64,000 nucleotides of DNA from Macrostomum lignano (Eukaryota): the NCBI GenBank assembly GCA_002269645.1, contig NIVC01003025.1, forward strand, positions 350-64,349. The letters are read 5' to 3'. Made by a program: the position numbers and the translations under genes. The notes beneath the pieces are model-generated. The model worked only from the letters and a program-made list of their open reading frames with translations. It searched no databases and had not been told where the DNA came from. Below are positions 37,285 through 49,929 of this stretch, in pieces; the stretch's first letter is position 1, and the number at the start of each line of letters is the position of its first letter.

Positions 37285-40010
37285 GCCAGTGTGCATTCGG
37301 TCAAGTACGTCGTTAAATATCTACTGAAGAGCGGCGACATGGCGACGTTCTGTATAGAGGTTTCCAAAGATTCGACTGGTTCGTCAGAAGGGTACAAGCA
37401 GCCACTGAGTCGCCTTTGGGGGACGAAATGGACGAAATTGCGCAGTACCTCACTGGGCGTTGAATTGGAAGCAATCAATAGCATCCAGGGCTTTGAATTA
37501 AGAAGAAACTCACGCGCAGCGTAACTGCAAAATGCGTTTCCTTTTTTTCAAATATGATTGTGCTGGGACAATTTTGTGTGAAACAAAAAAAACGTTTGTT
37601 CCTAATTTTTTGTTCATTTGTGCTAAGCGATTTTTTATTTTACTTTTTTTACCTTAAAAAGCCTATAGTTTTTTTAAAGACTATTCGTTTGCAACAATAA
37701 AAAACAACTAAAGCTTTAAAAAACTTACAAGTCTGTACTTATTTTTTTAATCTAAAGCTGAACAAACACAAAGCAAAATTCTATATGCAAATGCTGCTGC
37801 TTCACGTGAAAGGTCCTACTGGCTATGAAGCATTGCTTACTACAGACAGTGTTTTTTACACATTTTTAGGCTGCTTGCCAAGCCCAAGGTCTGCTTCAGC
37901 ATGAAAACCACTGGCAGTTCTGCCTGAAGGAGGCCGCTCTGTCACGTATGCCGAATGTGTTGCGTCATCTGATGGCAGTTATTTTGATTTGGGGTGACCC
38001 GCACGATGGTCAGAAACTTTGACGCGAGTTTGCAGACGACTTGTGCAAGGACCTCCGTTTCCCCCAGATTTCAGCATCGAGGAGATAGAAGACCTCGCGG
38101 TTCGTGAGCTCCAAGTGCTGTCAACTTCTATGAGTGATCGCACTTTGAGCGACTATGACCTGCCGGAAGCCTTTTCTCTGCCCCAGCTTGCGCCGCTGCA
38201 ATTTAATGCAAAAGAACAGGCAGAAATCGGTAATGATCACGCTTCATTGCTTAAATGACATCAGAAGTGACTACGGCGGATTGCACTTCGTAGATGCTCC
38301 TGCTACTGGAAAAACTTTCTTACTAGAGGTACTACTGGCTTTTGTTCGCAGTCGCGGTGAAGTCGCTCACGTCATAGCTTTCTCGGATATTGCTTCCACC
38401 CTGTTGCCTAGCGGGCAGACTGCGCACTCAACGCGAGTCATTTTTCTTTTTCTTTATTTCTTTATTATGTTTAATTATACGTTTCTTTATTACGTTTAAA
38501 GTTTTTCTTTATTACATTTACTATATTATTTTGTTATTACAAAAGAAATAAAACTGCTTCATTTTTAAGCAGCTGCATTTCTAAATTACGTCGCAATATA
38601 TTTAGTTTTTGTTTTATGAAACTTGCTTTCTATTTCCATTCTTCTAAGCAAAAAAGTAATACATTCAATAAATAAATAAAAATTGTTTGCTCAGGTTCAA
38701 AGCCCGGTTTAGAGATAGATGCACACGGACACTCTGACGTCTGTTCCGTGCGAGTGCAGTCCAGGCAAGCTGCACATCTCGTCAAACCCGTTTGATTGTA
38801 TGGGACGAAGTATCTACATTATCACTATCACGGACCGAAGAGACCTGGAAGCCGTTGATCAGAGTCTACGGGATATCCGAGAGCATCAATCCCTCTTCGA
38901 CTTCCGCCAGGTTTTGCTGGTGGTGCAGCATAGGACACGGGCAAACAGCGTGATGGCGTGCGCTAACCCTAACCCGTCGAAAAAAACATTCCGCAAGCTG
39001 GAGGCCCGGACGCAGAACTGCGTCAGCAATACGCAAAGTTTATTCTTCTGATTGGTTTTCTTTTTTTCTCTTAAGATGATTTGCGGGAATGTGCCGTAAT
39101 AGCTGGATTTCGTTTTTTTTGCAGTCTTTAGGCGCCTGTCGAACAAAATTTACAAAAAGTGGTAAAATCACATTAATACTTTTTGCGACATAACTAAACA
39201 AACTTAAAACTTAAAAAACTTTAATATCAACTATCTTTGGTAGCACCGAGTTTTCGTAATAAATTTCAGGTTGGTTCAGGTTGCACCCCTGAAGACAGTA
39301 CTGGCTACATAGCCCTATCATCAGACATCATTCTACCATCAGATAACTCGACAGAACATCTTATTTGAGCCGTGTACCCGTCTTTTAACCAGCCCTAGGA
39401 GAGGAATGCCTACTTTGCCACTCGGGCTATACTGGCTCCTTACAACTAAATTGTCAACAAAATCAACGGTGATTGTCTGGCGCTTCCAGGAGTGGCCCGG
39501 GAGTACCGGTCCGCAGACAGTTCGTCAAGCGAAAACGAAGCCACGCGCGCGGTTTCTCCCGGAAGTTTTAAACAGCCTGGAAGCGCCGAACTTGCCAAAG
39601 CATCGGATGCGCTTCAAGGTGGACATGCCACTGGTGCTGATGCGCAACTTTAACCCGCCCAGGCTCTACAACGGCACACGGCAAAAACTGCTAGACATGA
39701 GCGACACCTTGCGGTGCCAAGAAGTAGCCAGACAATACAACGGTGAACAACTATTGTTGCCACGCATTCCTTTGAGCCCCACAAACACCGACGTGCCCAT
39801 AACCTTCAAGCGGCTACGCTACAGTTTTCAGTGAGGCCCAGTTTCTGCCTTAATATTCACAAGGCTCAGGGTCAGTCGCTGACGGAGTTCATCTGACCGT
39901 TGGGGTTGCTTTACGCATGGCCGACTACGAGTATATACGGCATTGTCTCGAGCCAAAGACGCTGTCAACGTTCGGGAAGGTTATAGGCGGATAAACTACG
40001 AACACTGTTT
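37285..40010 (+). mobile_element. Decayed Helitron RepHel remnant in CEP19 intron 2 (antisense)
   Basis: Ordered fragments: SVKYVVKYLLKSGDMA / DEIAQYLTGR, LLHVKGPTGYE, HFVDAPATGKTFLL..TAHS, DFRQVLLVV, and PEVLNSLE..LMRNFNPPRLYNGTR..LPRIPLSP; many stops and frameshifts. Confidence 0.85.
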
Positions 40011-40649
40011 ATCCAGAGGTGCCGAATTGATGAATTAGCATGGGCACATTTTTGTTATTCTGCTATTTTCTTCGTATTATTTTAGTGAATACCCTGGATC
40101 CAAAAATATGTCAGTTGTTCACTGGCAACGATCATTTGGCAAAAAGGAAAACACACAAGGGCTTATACGGAGTAGAAAACGTTAACAACATTTTTCTTGA
40201 ATGTTTTACTGAAAATCACGTTTCAGTAACGTGATTTTCACAGAGTTCTTGCGCAGAATTGCGGAAAAAATTATTCCTTTCATTGACATGATAGAAAATA
40301 GGGAATAACAGCATGCCATAAACGGTTCTGCTGCTTTAATTTTTTTATCTTATTTTTTAGAAGTATTTTTAGGACAGGTTGTAGTTTTGTACATGTACAT
40401 GTTTGAAAATGTATGCTAAATGTACATGTACATTAAGAGATCAGAATGGTTGGTTAATTTATTGAGTTTTTTTTATGTGATGGATCTCTCCTTCCAGAAG
40501 AAGTCGAATGAGCAAACGCAATAAAACTAATTTAGACATTTTTAAAAACCTAACATTCTGAATAAATATGTTGAGCAGGCAAATCAAACGCAAAGCAAAA
40601 AACAACCGCCACACGATGATGAACTGTTGGAGTGAATAAGACAGCAGCA

Positions 40650-41820
40650 AGATCCTAATGATCGGTAGCCAGAGCAAGGACCGGCACCCAAACGATATCA
40701 GATTCGCTGTTGAGGCTTGTCTAGCTGGAGTCAGCCGCAAACTGTCAGATGAAGGTAAGTTGCGCTTTCTACAAGAGTATTACAAGCCAAACAGAGCCGT
40801 GTGTGCACTGTGCACCACTAGAGAAACTGACACGACGCCAAATACCTACATGCTAAAAGAAGTGCAAATGCAGCGACCAGAAATGCGCATGATGGCGTTT
40901 TCTGAAAAACTTGACGGCCCCATTTGTCGATGCTGCTGCATTTTTATTCAGGACGTGTATCCCAATGAGCAGCAGGATGGCCCAGGTTTGGTTTCTCTCA
41001 ACGCAGCCTTTGTTTTTTGCATTCGCACTTGCATTTTTGGCTGCAAAATCCCGGTCACAGTATTTAGTGCGTATGATTATGCTGAAGCACGTATTTAGTG
41101 CTACTTTTACACCTGCTACGAGTAGCAGTGTGCAGCAAAGTTTTATAGCATTGAGCGACTGTTGGATTCAGGCAATCGAGCTGCAAGGATCCCAAAAGTC
41201 GACCAGCTCCCCCGTGCATGTTATCAGAGGGACCAGCTAGCACACGATCAACAGATCACAGCTGAGCACTTCATCAATGCAACTATTTTTGTCCCTTCGA
41301 GCTTAGCCTCATTGGGACGCTTGATGATCTGTTTAATATCAGCAAACCGGAGCCATAGCTCAGCTCAGCAACTTGCTTCCATTTTTTGTGTGCGATGCTG
41401 AGTCCGTTAAATTTGCTGAGCTTTCTGCTACCCTCAAAGGGTATCAAAGCCACCAATTTTTGCCAGCTGTTGCACTTGAAGACTTTCACCATGAGTTTGC
41501 GGTGTGGCAGAGATTCTAGATGACCAAGAAAATTTCTGATTGCCCGCACAACGTTAGTTATGTATTGGACAGCTGCAAGCCAGCCTTTTTATCTAGCATC
41601 TATATGGCACTTCAGATTTTTTATACTTTGCCCGTCTCAACGGCAACAGCTGAGAGAACGTTTTCCGCAATGAAGTAACTGAAGAAATATTCAAGGGCGA
41701 CGACAGGCGAGGAAAGTCTTCGTGGATTGGCATTGATGTCATCTATAAAACCGTGGTTATCGACGTTGAAGAGACAATCAAGTTCTTCGCCTCGAAAGAT
41801 AGGCGCCTTCGACTAGTGCG
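40650..41820 (+). mobile_element. Decayed hAT (ZMYM1/Tip100-like) transposase remnant
   Basis: hAT dimerisation motif LPVSTATAERTFSAMK*LKKY..EESLRGLALM..IDVEETIKFFASKDRRL at about 41625-41815; FSEKLDGPICRCC at about 40900 resembles a TTF-type finger. Confidence 0.7.
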
Positions 41821-41824
41821 ATTT

Positions 41825-42240
41825 GGATCAGTGCGCCATGGCGAAGCTGCCAAATGCAGTGATCCGCAACCGCCTCTTGCCTGGCCTCAACCTAGAATCT
41901 TCCTCCAGCTCCAACACAAAGCAGGTTGCGACTATCCGCGCCGTCATCGAGGCCTTAAAAGACCTGCCAACGCGCCGTGTCGATCGTCTTCGTGGACTTC
42001 CGTAAGGCGATCGACTTGGTGCTCAGGCTTGCGATCGCGTGGTTGCTGTCCTTAGCGTTTCGTCTGCACTGGTAGCTGGAGTGATGGACCTGTACAATGA
42101 TTCCAGAGCGTTTGTTCAAACGAGCGAGGGCCCCAGTGCCCCACTGAGGAATTCAGCACAACCTTCGGCGTCCTGCATGGCGACACGCTGGCTCCCCTGC
42201 TCTTCATCATGGTCGTGAATTACGTACTGCGTCATTCCAT
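41825..42240 (+). mobile_element. Non-LTR retrotransposon RT fragment
   Basis: AKLPNAVIRNRL, TIRAVIE, IVFVDFRKAIDLV and GVLHGDTLAPLLFIMVVNYVLR across frameshifts. Confidence 0.7.
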
Positions 42241-42925
42241 TCTAGCAAGAGTCCGGACTTCATTGTCTCCGACAGGAGGAATCAGGCCTGGCGCGCGGCG
42301 CACCTGCTCAGGAACGTCTTTATCTTACGTACAAGGGGCGGATTCTGGTGAGCCACTGCCTCCGGAGTCTCGGCCGCGGCGACCAAGTCCCGTTGGCAAT
42401 GCTCCTAGCCTGTACCAGCCACGCCAAAGGCGTACTGTGACACTGAGTGACTGTTTCGTGTCTGACTTTCAGGCTCAGCCCTCAGACCGCAGCTGCTTGC
42501 CCTTCGCGTCTCTTTCGCGACGCGTGCGCGCAAGAACTCGAGTTTTTTTGCTTTTCTCTATCTATCTATCTATTCGACAAGTGACGATTGGATTTATTTT
42601 TTATAGCGAGCTCATGATTAATGAAGTGGACTGATTCAGCCCAAGATTACATATAATGTGAGTAACAGTAACATGTGCGCCAGTGAGTAAACTTTTGCTA
42701 CAAATAATTTCGGGATTAACGTGTAAACTTTCGTCTATTTGTCTATTCGAGTTAAGTCTTACTCTCGGACAAGACAAATCTCGAAACAATCGTCTAATTT
42801 TTTATAACTTGAAAGTTATTGTAGGGATTTTTCTGTTGATGGGCCTGGACAAAAAGCTATTCTAAAAACGATAACAGAGTATCAGGTTTAAATATTTCAG
42901 GCATAGTTAATGAGACTTAACTCAC

Positions 42926-43126
42926 CTGTTTAAGTCGTTCAGCAATAGCTCCAGTAGAATTAGCGCCGGCATCGCCATTCTTTGCCTCGGCCTCAGCCGC
43001 TGACAGGTGCGCGCCTAAGCGTACCGAGCGTTTTCGCACAACGCCAAGCAGGCCACCGCGTCTGTACAACAACAGCAGAGTTGGCGGCTTGAACACCAGG
43101 CCGCACTTTAACAGCTCGTCGCCAGA
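42926..43126 (-). CDS. CEP19: CEP19, exon 2
   Basis: ctaattgcag|TCT...CAG|GTGAGT; KCGLVFKPPTLLLLY..VRKRSVRL matches the CEP19 N-terminus (KCGIRFQPPAIILIY). Confidence 0.88.
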
Positions 43127-43183
43127 CTGCAATTAGTAATCAGTCTTCGGTTCTATTGTAGACTTTCTTAACACCCTACTTAC

Positions 43184-43195
43184 AGTAGGAGTCAT
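43184..43195 (-). CDS. CEP19: CEP19, 12-nt first coding micro-exon (MTPT)
   Basis: ATG ACT CCT ACT|GTAAGT, a perfect phase-0 donor; 57-nt intron to the acceptor at 43127. Total CDS 552 nt = 183 aa. Confidence 0.7.
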
Positions 43196-43264
43196 AGGAT
43201 GATTAAGAATGACAAATCCCACTCTCTTAGAAGGGTAACAGCACTCACTCAAAAAATAAATCAG

Positions 43265-43385
43265 AATGGAAACAGCACTCCCTCGGGATGGAAACAGCAC
43301 TGACTCAGGATGGAAACAGCACTCACTCAGGATGGAAACAGCACTCACTCAGGATGGAAACAGCACTCACTCAGGATGGAAACTG
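43265..43385. repeat. 22-bp tandem repeat GGATGGAAACAGCACTCACTCA
   Basis: About 5 units; related dispersed copies at 43625-43740. Confidence 0.85.
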
Positions 43386-43990
43386 TGACATGGTGACGCG
43401 GTAAACTTTGCAATAAGTTGCATGCACTGAATTGTTGACTCACTAGCAGTGGCGATAGTTATTGAATGATTTTGTATTCAACCTCCACCCAATGTGCGCT
43501 TGTATCTGTCTGCATGCACCCACCAGCTCATTGCTAACTAATAAATATTGTCAGCCTAGCTCTCAAGCGAGCACTTTTCTCACTCCTGCAATTGAACACT
43601 ACTGCCTCAGGTATTAAAGATATAACAGAAACAGCGCTCCCTCGGGGTGGAAAAAGCACTCTGAATCAAGAATCAGAATAGAAACAGCACTCCTTCAGAA
43701 TGGAAGAAGCACTCACTTAGGAATCAAACTGGAAACAGCACAAAATCAGACCGAAGACGCTTAACACTGCCTAACTGGGTATACTGTATACAGTGTATAG
43801 TCAAAAAAGAAAAAGGCAGCAAAGATTTACAAAAATGCAATCGCTAGTTATGCGATCTAGTTCTTCGAAGTGCATTTTTTATTAACAAAAAACTAAAACG
43901 AACTACTTTTTAAAACTGCTCGAAACTTCTAATTGATTTTGAACTTCATTGAATTAATTTTGAAACCTCAAGGATACAAACGCGGCAGCA

Positions 43991-44419
43991 TCAGCCCGGA
44001 CAGTTGGCGGCCAAGTGACCCTCTTGGCCGCAGATGCGACATTTCACAGGCGACGGACAATTCTTAGCCAAGTGGCCCTCCTGGCCGCAGTTGTGACACC
44101 GCGGCAGCGACTTGCAGTCTCTGGACAGGTGGCCCTCCTGTCCGCAGTTGTGGCATATAACGCCAGACGGACAATCCTTGGCCAGGTGGCCGGGCTTGCG
44201 GCAGTTGTAGCAGATCAAAGGCCGCTGCTGATCAAACGGCTGTGTGTGCAAGCAACGCGTCACGCCTGTTGCTCCAGCTGTTGCTGGCATAGAAAAGACT
44301 GGTCGCAATGACTTCATTGCAGATTGGTTGCCAGCGTTAACGACAGACAGCCATCTTTGGCTGCTAAGCAGGAGGCAGCGGGTTATGGTAGCAGTCTTAA
44401 CAGAGCAAGCAAAAGACAT
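43991..44419 (-). CDS. CNBP-like protein with four CCHC zinc knuckles, single coding exon, 142 aa
   Basis: Four CX2CX4HX4C motifs; AATAAA about 110 nt downstream of the stop; ttgcag acceptor 10 nt upstream of the ATG. Confidence 0.85.
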   Translation of the reverse strand: MSFACSVKTATITRCLLLSSQRWLSVVNAGNQSAMKSLRPVFSMPATAGATGVTRCLHTQPFDQQRPLICYNCRKPGHLAKDCPSGVICHNCGQEGHLSRDCKSLPRCHNCGQEGHLAKNCPSPVKCRICGQEGHLAANCPG

Positions 44420-44579
44420 TGCCGCGTTGCTGCAATAGAATAATTAATAAGTTATGGTTTAACAATAGTTTAGCTGGAATTTTATAAAAACAGATAACAT
44501 ATGCTTCATTATAATTAAATTTTTTAAACAAAAGGTGAGTGGTGACTGATTTGAGGCTGGTTAAATGTGATCGCCTAGC

Positions 44580-45590
44580 ATTTCAGGATCGGGATCGCAC
44601 ATTTTTGCTGGGATCCTGGCAGTTCAAGATTGGGATCGCACATTTTTGCTGGGATCCTGGCAGTTCAAGATTGGGATCGCACATTTTTCTGGGATCCTGG
44701 CAGTTCAAGATTGGAATCGCACATTTTTCTGGGATCCTGGCAGTTCAAGATTGGAATCGCACATTTTTCTGGGATCCTGGCAGTTCAAGATTGGAATCGC
44801 ACATTTTTGCTGGGATCCTGGCAGTTCAAGATTGGGATCGCACATTTTTGCTGGGATCCTGGCAGTTCAAGATTGGGATCGCACATTTTTCTGGGATCCT
44901 GGCAGTTCAAGATTGGAATCGCACATTTTTCTGGGATCCTGGCAGTTCAAGATTGGAATCGCACATTTTTCTGGGATCCTGGCAGTTCAAGATTGGAATC
45001 GCACATTTTTGCTGGGATCCTGGCAGTTCAAGATTGGGATCCCACATTTTTCTGGAATCCTGGCAGTTCAAGATTGGGATCGCACATTTTTGCTGGGATC
45101 CTGGCAGTTCAAGATTGGGATCGCACATTTTTGCTGGGATCCTGGCAGTTCAAGATTGGGATCGCACATTTTTGCTGGGATCCTGGCAGTTCAAGATTGG
45201 GATCCCACATTTTTCTGGGATCCTGGCAGTTCAAGATTGGGATCGCACATTTTTCTGGGATCCTGGCAGTTCAAGATTGGGATCGCATATTTTTGCTGGG
45301 ATCCTGGCAGTTCAAGATTGGGATTGCACATTTTTGCTGGGATCCTGGCAGTTCAAGATTGGGATCGCATATTTTTGCTGGGATCCTGGCAGTTCAAGAT
45401 TGGGATTGCACATTTTTGCTGGGATCCTGGCAGTTCAAGATTGGGATCGCATATTTTTGCTGGGATCCTGGCAGTTCAAGATTGGGATCGCATATTTTTG
45501 CTGGGATTCTGGCAGTTCAAGATTGGGATCGCATATTTTTGCTGGGATCCTGGCAGTTCAAGATTGGGATCCCAAATTTTTGCTAGGTGA
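44580..45590. repeat. 40/41-bp minisatellite GGGATCCTGGCAGTTCAAGATTGGGATCGCACATTTTT(G)CT
   Basis: About 25 copies; explains the three overlapping ~320-370 aa pseudo-ORFs. Confidence 0.97.
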
Positions 45591-46021
45591 GATCCTAGCA
45601 TTTTGGGATTGGGTTCCTATCCTACTAAATAGTGAGGTGTGCTAAAGTCACATTTCTTAGTATAACATCAATACTTATGCAATGATGGTAATTTACTTTT
45701 TATAGATTAATGATAATAATACTCATAAAGTAAACTTTAATTATATTATTAAAGTTATATTAATTGCTTTTCTTCTATTTATTTACAGATAATAATACTA
45801 AGCTTAGGCCTTGTAATTATCTAATTTGATACAAAAATTAGAAGGTAATTCTAATTTGTCCTATTACTTATTATTTTATTTTTGTATTGGCCTACCGCTA
45901 CCTAGGGGCCAAATATTTTTTTGCTCATAATCACATTGATCCTAATCAATGCAACAAAAATGAAAATGAAACAACTACCAATTATTAATATAGCATTTCC
46001 CAGTCAATCCGGTCCTAGAAG

Positions 46022-47485
46022 CACTCAATTTAATCCTGGGGACACCCATTTCGCGTATTCATTTTAAAAGCCATTAATAAGCAAGAATGAGTGACTTGGA
46101 AAGTAGTGCCAGCTTTGTCACTGCTGACAGAGAAGGAAATCAGGGGCGCGGACCATATGTGAAAGTTGACAATGAGAGGTACTGTCTCATCGTGCAAGCT
46201 CTTGAGCGTGGAGATGGAGAGACTCCATCATTGATTGCTCGGTGGCTAAACATGAAAATTTAAATGGTATACTCAATAAGAAGGCGATACAAAACCACTG
46301 GCCACCAAGATCGTCTTCCCAGTGGTGGCCTGCGACATGAAAAACTTAAAGAGATGCACACAAACACACTGCTGCAAATGTTGGAGGAAAATCCACTTTT
46401 AACGCTGAGTCAAATGCAACATGAGCTTCAACAATCTCATGGAATTGAAGTTAGCAAAAGTACGATCGCTTGGAAGCTCGACAAGCAATTGTTTACAAGT
46501 GCTTGGTAAGGGACGCAGATATGCCAGCAGCCAGGAACAGCCTCGAAAACATTGCAAGGAGGCATGAGCATGCCAAATGGCTGCTAGGTCTGCCAGCTGA
46601 CTGCCATTTGATTTATGTCAACAAAACAGGTTTTAATCTATGGACGCAACGTGGTCAAGGCTGCAGCAGACGGGGTCAACAAGTGCGCCAAGTTGTTCAT
46701 ACACAATGCAGTGTCCAAGTGAACATTTTTCAAGCTATATCCCCGCATCTTGGCCTACTGTACCATGAGATTATTGCCAAGACAATGACTGCTCAAAAGT
46801 TTCAGGGCTGCATTGATTGATTGGTCACGAACATTAGTGCTTGCAATGATATACAGCACTAGCAGCAGTTCTACATCTTAATGGACGGGGCCAGATTTCA
46901 CAATGGGGTTTAAATTCCAGCAATGTTCCAGCACAATTGGCAGGTTGTAGTGCTTCCACCCTACTTGCCATTTTTAAACCCAGTGGAATCTGCTCATAGC
47001 TGTTTAAAAGCCACAATCAAGCAGCAGCTGGCACTTCCGGCAGTCAAAGTTGAGCTAGATGGTCCACCTCCACAGATGACTCTGTGTCAATGGCGAATCA
47101 CTATGCTGATCTGGATCGCTGAAGAATCGACTGGCGTGGTTACGGCTGCGAAATGCGTTGGATGGGACTGTCAAATGATGCGCTTTATCCCTAGATGCAC
47201 TTCATCCCTAGATGCCAAATGATGCGCTTCATCCCTAGATGCATTGCGGGTGACCCCATTCTATAACTTTGATGATGTTGTTTCTGATGCCTGTTCAGGT
47301 TTTCTTTTTTGTTACTGTTACTGTTTTCCTTGTTTTGTTTTGTCGACTAAATTGTGGTAAATTTATTTCAGCTTCATTCTGAACAACTAAATGCTAACAA
47401 ATCAATGTGTCAATCTCTTTTCTATAAAAGTAAGAGCTTTTAAAATAAATATGCAAAATTAGTGCCCCCAGGATTAAACTGAGTG
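46022..47485 (+). mobile_element. Decayed IS630/Tc1-type (DDE_3-like) transposon
   Basis: About 50-bp inverted repeats at 46022-46071 and 47436-47485. HTH region EENPLLTLSQMQ..VSKSTIA, LIYVNKTGFNLW (degenerate YVDETGF) and LPPYLPFLNPVES; stops and frameshifts. Confidence 0.8.
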
Positions 47486-48294
47486 GAACAAAACAGAATA
47501 CTTGGCCATAGATATATCTCTAGTGACAGTGGAATGAATTGGAATTCTTTATTGCAAATTAAATTGAGTGCTTCTAGGACCAAATTGACCAGGAAATGCT
47601 ATATTATATTTGCCTATTATCAGAATGGTTATTGTTACAATAGGCCTAACTTTAGAAAATTTTGATGAATAGATATATATATTGGCTAAAGGTTGTTTTT
47701 CAGTTGAAAAATTAAAAAAATTTAGCCATAGACATAGCCAAGATTAAGCTCAATATTCATAAAAGGAACCTTGAATCTTAATACCAATTAAAAAGTAGAG
47801 AGATAGATAAAGTAGAAGAAATAACAAATTAAATTGTAGATGGCTATAGATAATACAATGATATTCTATAATTAGAGGAAATGTAAGTTTTTAAATATAA
47901 ATAAAAAAACTTAATCATATATTCTTCTTTTCTAGCTTTATATTATAGCCTTTAAAGTTATCTATATATAGGGAAGAATGCAAAGTAATTTATAATCCTG
48001 CCTATTAGTCATACTTATATCTAGTACTTGTATGTTTTTAATCTGTTTAACAAACGTGAGCTACTAGTCTTAGTCTAGGAATCTATTGGCTGTGAGCTTA
48101 AAGCAGAATAGGTCCATAGTCAGGAAAAAGGCATTCATATAGCTCCTTTCAACATGCAAACCATTTGCTAATATGGCTAAAGCAATATGCATGATAATGT
48201 TTGATAAAATTTAAAGGGCTTTATAAAGCACAATAATTTATATCAATAATGATGACAGTTACTTAAATAAATTTAGAACTAAAAAATAAGGCAG

Positions 48295-48582
48295 CCCTAT
48301 TGCAGCGCATGGCTTAAGTACGCCAGACGCCTACACAACCTGCGCCACGCTGTGAAATGACTTACCTGTGAAAGAAACCCTAAAGCAAAATTAACAAAAG
48401 CAAAACCCTAAAGGGTAAACGGCAGGAGTAACTATGACTGTCTTATCAAGCCTAAATGCCTTGGCATCTAATTAGTACCGCGCCGCGCCGTACTAATCGC
48501 CGCACGCCGTACGCGCCGCGCCACGCCGTATTAGATCCGCGCCGGACGCCGTCCGCCAAAATGCCCATGCGCTGCAATCAGG
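48295..48582. mobile_element. 288-bp MITE with 8-bp TSD
   Basis: 18-bp TIRs CC(CT/TG)ATTGCAGCGCATGG; TSD TAAGGCAG at 48287-94 and 48583-90; internal CGCCG repeats. Confidence 0.85.
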
Positions 48583-48879
48583 TAAGGCAGTTGTTATTTT
48601 TACAGTGACTATATAAATAACAAAATGGTTATTTTTATGGTTAATGCATAAAACACTATGCGGGCCTATGGTCTTTACTTAATGTAACTGTATAAATAGC
48701 AAAACTGTTATTTTTACGGTCACCGTAGGTAGTGTGGTAGGTTGAGCCTCCTACTAACTGTTTGAAATTTATTTTTGGATCCCGCTTTCTGGTCATTATT
48801 TTTTGCCATTGTCCTGGGTTTGGCCCTCCTCTGTCCACCTTAAGGTGCTGCCCTGACGTCACCCTTGAAATTTAAAGGC

Positions 48880-49126
48880 ATAGTTCTAGTTTACTTCGTT
48901 ATATTCCAACCCCCCTACCCTTGAATAGAGGGCGAAATAATTTAACGCAGTAAACTAGAACTATACCAATTTAAAGTATGATCCTAATCTCCGTAGCTTG
49001 TAGTTGTAGGCCCTAATACAGCTCAGAAGAGCGTCTTGGGCATAGTTCTAGTTTACTTCGTTATATTCCAACCCCCCTACCCTTGAATAGAGGGAGAAAT
49101 AATTCAACGCAGTAAACTAGAACTAT
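48880..49126. repeat. Two direct copies of an 85-bp hairpin element (48880-48964 and 49042-49126)
   Basis: Each copy starts ATAGTTCTAGTTTACT and ends AGTAAACTAGAACTAT; the copies differ at about 2 positions. Confidence 0.9.
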
Positions 49127-49929
49127 GCTGCGTCTTGAAATACTTGCAGAGCTATGAAATTCTAGTAGTCTATCCATTGACACGAGATGCACAGAAATAT
49201 AATTCTGTTTAGCTAAAATCCTTTTTCAGTAACAAAGCAAAACTTGAAAATCAATGTTTTGATTAAAATGCATATGATATTGTGACGAGACCCTTCTGAG
49301 TTCGGTACTGACGGCTATGCACAATAATAAATTGAGTCTTCGTAGTAAGAGACAGTCTTACGGCCGAATCGAGTTGAATTGTGTTGAATATTTGAATTTT
49401 AGTTCTATCGCCGTTAAATTCTTGGTGCTAAACTACCGCAAACGGACACAACGCGGCGGACCAACCGAAAAGCACGAGAGACGGCAGATGAGAGTGAAAA
49501 GCGCTTGAAAATCGTGATTTAACAGTATTTTAAATAATACAATATTTCCATGAAAGATACCGTAAAACAAAATTTTAAACGTACACATTGAATAACTTTG
49601 AAATTTGCTAATAAAAAGTAGATAAATTATTAAAATACTAAGGAGCCATTATTAATACTATATTATTTACGAACAACTATATTATTTACGATCAACATCG
49701 TTATAAATGGCTCTGAAAAATCCCGTAAAAATGAATCGCTGAAAAATGCCTTGAATGGGCGTCAGTAAGATGTCTGAACATACGATGTTTCAAGATTCCA
49801 ATCTTAACTTCTAGAATCGCATGTAGCCTTCCTCTTGGTTGATCTTTGACTGAAGGTTTTGCATTTTGTTTCAATTGTTTTGCACGAGTTGAAGCTCCTA
49901 CTGGAGAGTAATATTATTTATATTTATTA

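Noticed and set aside
43126-43140. CEP19 start codon donated by the AUG at the 3' end of a flatworm spliced leader, because the exon begins in phase 0 without an ATG
   Set aside because: A cis micro-exon ATG ACT CCT ACT|GTAAGT lies 57 nt upstream, in phase, with a perfect donor.
44539-45645. Three long ORFs of 314-368 aa
   Set aside because: They are translations of the stop-free 40/41-bp array. The ORFs at 3358-4071, 13861-14466, 28716-29493, 55899-56201 and 62041-62689 are similar artefacts.
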